Source: Candidatus Kaiserbacteria bacterium RIFCSPHIGHO2_01_FULL_54_36
GTDB taxonomy: Bacteria > Patescibacteriota > Minisyncoccia > Phycocordibacterales > UBA2100
DNA: 64,000 bases
Assembly (NCBI GenBank): GCA_001781105.1
Contig: MFKV01000028.1
Span: 10,428 to 74,427, forward strand
Direction: 5' to 3'
The notes under the pieces were generated by a model, which searched no databases, was not told where the DNA came from, and was given only the letters and a program-made list of their open reading frames with translations. The translations under genes and the position numbers were made by a program. Positions 57,148 to 64,000 of the stretch are shown piece after piece (within the stretch, counting starts at the first letter, position 1; the number at the start of each line of letters is the position of its first letter).

Positions 57148-57666
57148 TCAATGGGCTGAAATATTTTCTGCGGCTTTTTGCAATTCCGGGATACGGACAG
57201 GAGGCAGGGACTCCATGACTTCTTCACTTGGAATATGGATGCCGCCATTTCTCTGGAGTGTATAGAGTGTCACATGCGCGGGCTGCAACGGTAGGTCGAT
57301 GTTGAATTTCCGGCGTATCTCCCTGAACAACTCTTCAAGATTTGATACGCGACAACGGATTACGACAGATGCTCTCTCCCCTTCCCGCACGAAGCGGAAA
57401 TCATCCAAGAAAGCGGTGGGTTCGAACCGGTGTTGCTTCGCGAACTCGTCAAGAAAAGACATGACTGTCTCGTCGGATATGCCCGCACCATTGCGCAGAG
57501 AGGTGATGTTGAGAAGCGTGACGTGGAACTCATCTTTCTTGAGGAGCGTCAGGCCTTCCCATACGACTGTCTTCGGGAACTCTTCGAACAGTCCGGGTTC
57601 GACCGGCAGGCATATAGAATCTCCGCTCCTACCACCCCGATGAACGAAGGGCAACAGAGCGCTCAT
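57148..57666 (-). CDS. 2H phosphoesterase-like protein
   Basis: Two HxT motifs (FHVTL, AHVTLY). Confidence 0.65.
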   Translation of the reverse strand: MSALLPFVHRGGRSGDSICLPVEPGLFEEFPKTVVWEGLTLLKKDEFHVTLLNITSLRNGAGISDETVMSFLDEFAKQHRFEPTAFLDDFRFVREGERASVVIRCRVSNLEELFREIRRKFNIDLPLQPAHVTLYTLQRNGGIHIPSEEVMESLPPVRIPELQKAAENISAH

Positions 57667-57669
57667 ACG

Positions 57670-59322
57670 CTATTTCTTACTCTCTATCGCCGCTTTGATG
57701 AACGCGTTGAAAAGCGGGTGCGGGGAGAGCGGGCGGGCCTTGAGTTCGGGATGGAATTGGGTGCCGAGCATAAAAGGATGCACGTTTTTGGGAAGTTCCG
57801 CGATCTCCATCAGTCGGCTGTCAGGCGAGCGGCCAGAAAATACGAGGCCTGCAGCTTCGAGCTTCTCGATGTAATCCGGATTCACTTCGTATCGATGCCG
57901 GTGCCTCTCTGAGATCGCTTTTTTCTCATATGCGTCGCTTGCAATCGTGCCTTGGACAAGATCGCACGGGTACGCACCAAGGCGCATGGTGCCGCCATAT
58001 GCCTTGCGCGCGAGCTTTGCTTTCTGCTCCGGCAGGATGGCGATGATCGGGTGCGGTGTGTTTGGATCAATCTCGGTCGTATGCGCACCTTTCAATCCCG
58101 CGACATTGCGCGCGAATTCGATGGTCATCAATTGCATGCCGTAGCAGAGGCCGAAGTATGGGATCTTGTGCTCGCGCGCGTATTTGATGGCTGCGATCTT
58201 CCCTTCAATTCCCGTTTCTCCAAATCCTCCTGGCACGATGATGCCGTCGTATTCTTTTAGCTCCGCGATAGATGCGGGTGTGCTCTCATAATTCTTGGCA
58301 TTGAGCCAGCTGATCTCTGGCTTCACCCCGTGCGCATATGCCGAGAACTTGATGGCTTCGATGACCGAAAGGTACGCGTCGGAGAGAACGAAGTCACCCG
58401 TGTCGAAATATTTGCCGACGATCCCGATCTTCACTGTGCTACGTCCGTTGTGCGCGTGATCTGCAAAATGTTTCCACTCGGAGAAATCCGGCGTCTGCTT
58501 CGGCTTCTTCCCCAAAAGATCCATGAGGAGCTCCGAGAGTTTGTCGCGTTCGAAGTTGAGCGGCACGTCGTATATCGAATCCACGTCGGGCGCGGAAATA
58601 ATTCGATCTGGCTGCACATTGCATGAAATTGATAACTTTTCCTTACGCTTTTTGTCCAAAGTATGCGTGGAACGCGCGATGATGATGTCGGGCTGTACGC
58701 CGTATGAATTGAGTTCTCGTACTGCCGTCTGTGTCGGCTTGGTTTTCATTTCCCCTATCGTGCCCGGGACTGGCAGGTAGGAAACCATCACGAAAAGAAT
58801 GTCCGATGGATGTTCGAGGTGCATCACGCGCGCGGCATCGATGAAAAGCGCATTTTGGAAATCCCCTACCGTGCCGCCGACTTCGACGACTGAAACGTCG
58901 GAGCCGGCGCGTTTCGCGGCGTGTTTAAGCCGATTAACGATCTCGTCACGTACGTGTGGGATCGCTTCAACGCATTTGCCGCCATAGCCCAAATTGCGCT
59001 CACGCGCGATGACCGACTGATAGACCATACCACTCGTCATGTAATCATCTGGCCCGAGATCGCGCCCCAAAAAACGCTCGTAGTTGCCCATGTCTTGATC
59101 GGTCTCTAATCCAGAGTCGAGGACAAACACTTCGCCATGCTCTATCGGATTCATCGTACCTGCGTCCACATTGAGATATGGATCGATCTTCACGAGATTC
59201 ACCGAGAGTCCGCGCGCCGTGAGTAGCTTGCCGATCGAGGCAGTCGCGATGCCTTTGCCGACGGCCGACATAACACCGCCCACAACAAAAACATACTTGT
59301 GTCCCGCACGCACGCGCTTCAT
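57670..59322 (-). CDS. pyrG: CTP synthase
   Basis: KIDPYLNVDAGTM, KTKPTQ, PGGFG, CYGMQ, RHRHRYE, QFHPE. Confidence 0.98.
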   Translation of the reverse strand: MKRVRAGHKYVFVVGGVMSAVGKGIATASIGKLLTARGLSVNLVKIDPYLNVDAGTMNPIEHGEVFVLDSGLETDQDMGNYERFLGRDLGPDDYMTSGMVYQSVIARERNLGYGGKCVEAIPHVRDEIVNRLKHAAKRAGSDVSVVEVGGTVGDFQNALFIDAARVMHLEHPSDILFVMVSYLPVPGTIGEMKTKPTQTAVRELNSYGVQPDIIIARSTHTLDKKRKEKLSISCNVQPDRIISAPDVDSIYDVPLNFERDKLSELLMDLLGKKPKQTPDFSEWKHFADHAHNGRSTVKIGIVGKYFDTGDFVLSDAYLSVIEAIKFSAYAHGVKPEISWLNAKNYESTPASIAELKEYDGIIVPGGFGETGIEGKIAAIKYAREHKIPYFGLCYGMQLMTIEFARNVAGLKGAHTTEIDPNTPHPIIAILPEQKAKLARKAYGGTMRLGAYPCDLVQGTIASDAYEKKAISERHRHRYEVNPDYIEKLEAAGLVFSGRSPDSRLMEIAELPKNVHPFMLGTQFHPELKARPLSPHPLFNAFIKAAIESKK

Positions 59323-59339
59323 ACGAACTACTTTACCAT

Positions 59340-59457
59340 GCCGCGTGAAATCGAATGCAATTCAAGGCGTGGGGAAAGCGGCGCACGAGCCGTACGAAAG
59401 TACGGTGAGTGCGCCGCGGGGGCCCCACAACGACGAAGTGCGTCGATTTCACGCGGC
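59340..59457. repeat. MITE/REP-like element with 15-bp perfect terminal inverted repeats
   Basis: GCCGCGTGAAATCGA...TCGATTTCACGCGGC enclosing GCGGCGCAC..CCGTAC-GAAA-GTACGG..GTGCGCCGC. Confidence 0.7.
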
Positions 59458-59458
59458 G

Positions 59459-60400
59459 TTACGCTCGTAAGTAGCGGCGAACGGCTAGATAACTGGACAA
59501 AGCACCAAGACCAGTACCAGTGCCCATTAGCACCAGAAAGAAGAGCGGGAAATACGCCAGGAAATAGTCGAACGAGTTGAAAGAGCCAAAGAGCAGCTCT
59601 GTCGTTGGGTCGAGCCCTATAAGGACGGGGTAATAGAGAAGGATCGGGTATAAGACCAGGAGTACAAGCGCTGCTGACACTGCGCCATACAGAACTCCCG
59701 CAACCATAAATGGGCCTCGCACGTACCAGCGGCCTGCGCCTACCAGGTTCATAACTCCGATCTCATCGCGCGAGGTATAGATCGCAAGGCGGATTGTATT
59801 GAGAACGATGAGTAGGGCGCAGATCCCTAGAAACACCGTCTTTGCGATCCCGTTCCTCTGAGACGTGGCAATGATCGTAGTGAGCCGATCGATTGCCGTC
59901 TTGTTCTGATAGAAATTCACTTTATCGATGATAGCGCCTGCTTCTGATTGGGATGCTTGTTGCGCTTCCAGATATTTTGCTATTGCTTCATATTGGCTCG
60001 TCTGCTTTGCGCGGATCTCGAGAGATGCGCCAAAAGGGTTGCTGCCGAGCTCATCAAGAGCTTGCATGGTGAGTTGGTCGCCTTTGTGTCGCGCGCGGAA
60101 GTCTTCGAGCGCCTGCTCTTTGCTCACATACGTGATCGAAGCGACTTCGGGGAGCGCCTGAATCGTTCTTTGTACCTCCTGTATTTGCAACACCGAGGCT
60201 GATGTCTTGAAGTACACACTTACGTCTACCTTGTTGGTGAGGTCATTGAGCGTTGAGCGCATGGCAGCGTTGGAGATCATGATGTTGGCGAGCATGAAGA
60301 GCATGATCGTCATCATAAGAATGGCCGACAGCGAGATGAACCCGTTGCGCACGAACCCGACGAGTCCGTATCGTGCAATCCTTTTGATAGTGGTCCACAT
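59459..60400 (-). CDS. ftsX: Cell division permease FtsX
   Basis: RNGFIS, YVSKEQAL, NTIRLAIY..EI.VM.LVGA, GPF; follows ftsE. Confidence 0.93.
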   Translation of the reverse strand: MWTTIKRIARYGLVGFVRNGFISLSAILMMTIMLFMLANIMISNAAMRSTLNDLTNKVDVSVYFKTSASVLQIQEVQRTIQALPEVASITYVSKEQALEDFRARHKGDQLTMQALDELGSNPFGASLEIRAKQTSQYEAIAKYLEAQQASQSEAGAIIDKVNFYQNKTAIDRLTTIIATSQRNGIAKTVFLGICALLIVLNTIRLAIYTSRDEIGVMNLVGAGRWYVRGPFMVAGVLYGAVSAALVLLVLYPILLYYPVLIGLDPTTELLFGSFNSFDYFLAYFPLFFLVLMGTGTGLGALSSYLAVRRYLRA

Positions 60401-60415
60401 AGGTATATAGATATC

Positions 60416-61099
60416 TTACAACGAGTATTTCCCTTCTTTATCGTCACGTACGATCCTTCCCTGATCCATGGTGACCACGCGCCTGCCTACAGAATCCACG
60501 ACTGATTTGTTGTGCGTCGTGAGCAGGACCGTCGTACCGAGGTCGTTGATCTTCTTTAAAATACCCACGATGTCGTGCGTGTTGATCGGATCGAGGTTGC
60601 CTGTCGGCTCATCTGCGATAAGCACATCTGGCTGGTTCACGATCGCGCGCGCGATCGCCACACGTTGCTGTTCTCCGCCTGAGAGCTCATGCGGGAAGCT
60701 CCAAATTTTGTCCGAAAGGCCGACGAGGTCTAGAACATGCGGCACGTCCCCCGCGATATCCTCATCGCTTCTTCCCGCGACTTCGAGGGCAAATGCGATA
60801 TTTTCATACACATTCTTGGTGGGAAGGAGGCGGTAATCCTGGAAAATAGTGCCGATATTGCGCCTAAGCCTCAGTAGATCGTTGTCCGAGAGCTTGCTCA
60901 CGTCGCGAGTACCGAAAAAAACCGCTCCCTCGGTCGGTAAGACTTCGGCAAAGAGCATCTTGAGGAGCGTCGTCTTGCCAGCCCCCGAGTGGCCTACGAT
61001 GGAGACAAACTCGCCCGGGTCTACTCCCAGAGTAATCTCAGCGACCGCAGGTGGCGCTCCATCGGCATATATCTTCGTTACTTTGTCGAAATAAATCAT
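60416..61099 (-). CDS. ftsE: Cell division ATPase FtsE
   Basis: [33 protein letters not shown]. Confidence 0.95.
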   Translation of the reverse strand: MIYFDKVTKIYADGAPPAVAEITLGVDPGEFVSIVGHSGAGKTTLLKMLFAEVLPTEGAVFFGTRDVSKLSDNDLLRLRRNIGTIFQDYRLLPTKNVYENIAFALEVAGRSDEDIAGDVPHVLDLVGLSDKIWSFPHELSGGEQQRVAIARAIVNQPDVLIADEPTGNLDPINTHDIVGILKKINDLGTTVLLTTHNKSVVDSVGRRVVTMDQGRIVRDDKEGKYSL

Positions 61100-61157
61100 A
61101 ACAAATGGCTTCCAGCTGTCAGATTACAGCTTCTAGGAAAATGCATACAAGTAAACA

Positions 61158-62057
61158 TTATACCGCAGTCGGAGCTCCTTCCAAATTCTTTCCCGCATCT
61201 ATGAAGCCCTGGATATCGCCATTGAGTACTTTTTCGACATTTCTTTCTTCATGATCAGTGCGATGATCCTTAACCATCTGGTACGGATGAATGACATAGG
61301 AGCGGATCTGGCTGCCCCACTCAATTTTGGTTGAGGCACCCGCAGAGAGCCCACGTGATTCACGCAACTGCGCTGCTTCTTGCATGGTGTAAAGCTTGCC
61401 GCGCAACATCTCGAGCGCCTTCTCCCTATTTTGCAATTGGCTGCGCTCGCTCGTTACGTGCACGGTAAGGCCCGTCGGTTTATGCGTCATGCGCACCGCG
61501 GTATCACGCTTATTCACATTTTGACCACCCGGCCCACCTGAGCGAGCGATAGATGTTTCAAGGTCTTTTTCGGGAATATGCGTTTCCGGCAGATCCGGCA
61601 GCTTGGGCAGGACTTCGACGAGCGAAAAGCTCGTCTGGCGCTTCCCCGCGGCATTAAAAGGCGACATGCGCACTAGGCGGTGCACTCCCGCTTCGTGCTT
61701 GAGCGCGCCGTATGCGCCCTTTCCGTTTACCTCAAATGAGATACTTCGGTATCCTCCCATCGGATTTTGGTTGGAAGAAAGGAGCACTGTCTTCCATCCT
61801 TTACTCGCGCCGTACTTACCGTACATCTCAAAGAGAATGCGAGAGAAATCTTCTGCGTCGTCGCCCCCTGCGCCCGAGACTATTGTGACGAGCGCGTCGG
61901 AGCTTTCGTACCCTCCGCCGCCTACGAGCTTTGCTTTAAGGTCTTGGTACTCTTTCAGTACCATTTGGGCCTTTTCCTTATCTGCCCAAAAGTCCGCCGC
62001 GCCCATTTGGGCCTCGATCTCTGTAATGCGCGCTTCTATGGCGCCTTTTTGTTGCAT
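61158..62057 (-). CDS. prfB: Peptide chain release factor 2, shortened N-terminal domain
   Basis: SPF tripeptide, GGQ, WGSQIRSY; prfB-ftsE-ftsX order. Confidence 0.93.
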   Translation of the reverse strand: MQQKGAIEARITEIEAQMGAADFWADKEKAQMVLKEYQDLKAKLVGGGGYESSDALVTIVSGAGGDDAEDFSRILFEMYGKYGASKGWKTVLLSSNQNPMGGYRSISFEVNGKGAYGALKHEAGVHRLVRMSPFNAAGKRQTSFSLVEVLPKLPDLPETHIPEKDLETSIARSGGPGGQNVNKRDTAVRMTHKPTGLTVHVTSERSQLQNREKALEMLRGKLYTMQEAAQLRESRGLSAGASTKIEWGSQIRSYVIHPYQMVKDHRTDHEERNVEKVLNGDIQGFIDAGKNLEGAPTAV

Positions 62058-62104
62058 TCAAAGAGTATAGCAAAGGGGAGCACGTGCGTGCTCCCGCTCG
62101 CCAT

Positions 62105-62356
62105 CTAATGATAGCGGTCCACCATCTTGAGCCCGTGGACAACCCAGTACGAGTGCCCGTCGTTTTGCGGCTCCACTTCAGCCCGACGAATGACACGGAA
62201 ACGGTTCCCAAAGATCTGATCAACGTGCCCGACCGCCGGGTCATAGTCCTCATCATGCAACGAGAAAACGACGCTGATCTTCCCATCTTCGGCATGAAGG
62301 CAGAGCAATCTCTCGCTTGGCTTGAACATCAAGTACCTCCATGGTTGACCCTTCAT
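62105..62356 (-). CDS. Possible hypothetical protein
   Basis: 83-aa ORF between tRNA-Thr and prfB; no motif. Confidence 0.3.
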   Translation of the reverse strand: MKGQPWRYLMFKPSERLLCLHAEDGKISVVFSLHDEDYDPAVGHVDQIFGNRFRVIRRAEVEPQNDGHSYWVVHGLKMVDRYH

Positions 62357-62401
62357 CAGGAAACCATAGACAAGCCGATACTCCTAATCACTTTGCTATT
62401 G

Positions 62402-62474
62402 AGCCACCTCGCGGAATCGAACCGCGGACATCGTCTTTACGAAAGACGTGCTCTACCAACTGAGCTAAGGTGGC
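62402..62474 (-). tRNA. tRNA-Thr(CGT)
   Basis: GCCACCT acceptor, CGTCT-TTCGTAA-AGACG anticodon arm, GGTTCGATTCC. Confidence 0.95.
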
Positions 62475-62559
62475 AAACATCAATATCCTACGCTAAGAAA
62501 CTAGCTTTTTCAATCATTCGTTTGATTCTGGAGTCCCTATTAAAGCACGCTCGAACCTA

Positions 62560-63440
62560 TTTTGCTGAACACTCCTGATGTTCGCGCGCTCCGCGCGCGT
62601 GGTGGCTTTGTACCGGATTGTACGATTCGATTCCGTGCCTGCTCTCTCGGGCGCGCGAGTACGCCGCGCCCTCGGCCCCCGCCCCGCCGCCAATCCTCTC
62701 CGCCAAAGGCGGACAGGCATGCACATCTATTTCGCGGGGGTTTTTTGAAAATTGAATGGGCGGCGGGGTTGCGAATCGAATGCATGAAGATTCGCAAGAC
62801 CTTGCGAGCTGTTTTGGAGCGAAGCGAACAAAAGAGCCGCAAGGTGTACTGCTCCTGTAAGGAGGCGGCAAACGGCTCACATACCCGTTATGTGAGCCGT
62901 TTGGATGCGAGAATCCAAAATGCAAATCCACTGCGGATGCCACGGGTTGCGAACAGTGCCTTCGTATAGATGTTGAATTACTGCCCGCCATCCGGCGGGC
63001 AGGGTATCTCGCTAGGGCTCGTCCGGCAGTATCGGTGCGCCTACGGCGCTCCACCTTGTGGGGTGGGCACACCCACCCCCCGCTCCATCGCGCTAGTGCT
63101 CCAAAAACCCTCGTTTATACTTAGTGCCTCGCGGTGCGTCCGTTCGCTTCGTCTTTTATCGCTCATCAGTTTGATATCTTGCTACGGGTCTCATATTGCT
63201 GCCACTCCGTTTGCGTTTGTGCCTCGGCTTTTGGAGCCTCCTAGCGCGCTGCAGCTCCCCCCACCCGCGGTCAGTATTTCACTTCCACTTATTCGTACAT
63301 AGTTGCAAATCCGCTTGTGCGGGCCGGCCTCGTTACAGTCCCCCCTAGCGAGATACCTGCCCGCCAGATGGCATCCATTTTATGCACGCGCCTGCTTCGG
63401 GCAGGCGCATGACACTCGCCGCGCTTCTCGCGGCTGCGCG
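62560..63440. other. Apparently non-coding region dense in nested inverted repeats
   Basis: No convincing ORF; long-range arms 62994-63017/63343-63365 and 63089-63106/63229-63248 plus many local hairpins. Confidence 0.6.
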
Positions 63441-63510
63441 TCGTTTGTATATCGCATTTCACATCTGATTTTCTGCCTCCTTGCAAGCAAAAGCCAAATT
63501 CAAAAATGTC

Positions 63511-64000
63511 TCAAGGTTTTGTGTAAGTTACCGCTTTTCCAGTTTTGCCAACCTGTTTTATTTTTCCTTCCTTTTCCAATGCAGAGAGATACCGTGTTGC
63601 TGTTGCGTCAGAAACGTGCAGCAACTTCTCAACTTCGTCGTTGGTGATTTTGCCTGCCCTTCGTAGCTTTAGCGTAGTAGGGCCTTTCCCATCAAGAGCT
63701 TCCAGGATCTTTTCGAGTTTCTTCTGTTTTCGGGTTTGGATCGTTGCTCGTGCTTTCACCAAGAGATCGCGCGAGGCGTGCGTGGCTTGCGGTGAGCTTG
63801 TCGAAGCCGGTGCGGGTGCCACTGACGCACTCGCCGCCTGCGGCGGCTCTGGTTCCGGAGGCAACGGCTCATTTACTGGTATTTGAGCCGATTGCGTCGG
63901 CTCGCCGGAGCCTTGCGTGGAGGGGGCGGTTTCAGGGGGAGTGGTTTGCACAGGCTCGCTCGGCGCGACTTCGGGCGCTGGAGCAAGTTCTGCCGGTGCT
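63511..64000 (-). CDS. Pro-rich protein with C-terminal DeoR-like winged HTH, 5' end beyond the window
   Basis: ITNDEVEKLLHVSDATATRYLSALEKEG; frame stays open to 63999. Confidence 0.8.
   Translation of the reverse strand, partial: APAELAPAPEVAPSEPVQTTPPETAPSTQGSGEPTQSAQIPVNEPLPPEPEPPQAASASVAPAPASTSSPQATHASRDLLVKARATIQTRKQKKLEKILEALDGKGPTTLKLRRAGKITNDEVEKLLHVSDATATRYLSALEKEGKIKQVGKTGKAVTYTKP

Noticed and set aside
63140-63172. Hammerhead-like CTGATGAG...CGAA on the minus strand
   Set aside because: Core reads GAAC rather than GAAA, and no convincing stem II or stems I/III could be formed.
1-64000. Alternative genetic code (UGA=Gly, as in Gracilibacteria/Absconditabacteria)
   Set aside because: Conserved genes are full length under code 11, groEL and msrB end in TGA, and RF2 is present.

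Overview
A ~54% GC bacterial chromosomal window. The gene set and protein style (murJ, rnpB, htpX-lemA, groES/EL, secG-oppA-rnj, metK, glmS, typA, guaB, pyrG, ftsEX, a shortened prfB, many small membrane/secreted hypotheticals, few Shine-Dalgarno sites) suggest a Patescibacteria/CPR Parcubacteria genome, possibly Kaiserbacteria-like; this is an inference, not a database result. It contains RNase P RNA, three tRNAs (Ser-GGA, Gln-CTG, Thr-CGT), a SAM-I riboswitch before metK, a low-GC methyltransferase + two PD-(D/E)XK nuclease island, and a Mur-ligase / hydrolase / DegT-FemAB fusion operon. No transposase, integrase, CRISPR array or rRNA was seen. The most unusual signals lie between and inside genes: (1) two ~134-bp inverted-repeat elements with identical ends, compensatory stem changes and unrelated cores, each inserted exactly at a start codon with a TATG duplication and each reading as an open uORF; (2) two solitary HTH genes each bracketed by two identical palindromic sites; (3) a second MITE-like family, one copy of which sits inside a duplicated, dead 5' end of typA; (4) short palindromes apparently inserted into proteins (in frame), RNase P RNA and the riboswitch; (5) a ~1-kb nested-hairpin non-coding region beside tRNA-Thr. 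All calls were made by eye from motifs; no searches were run.
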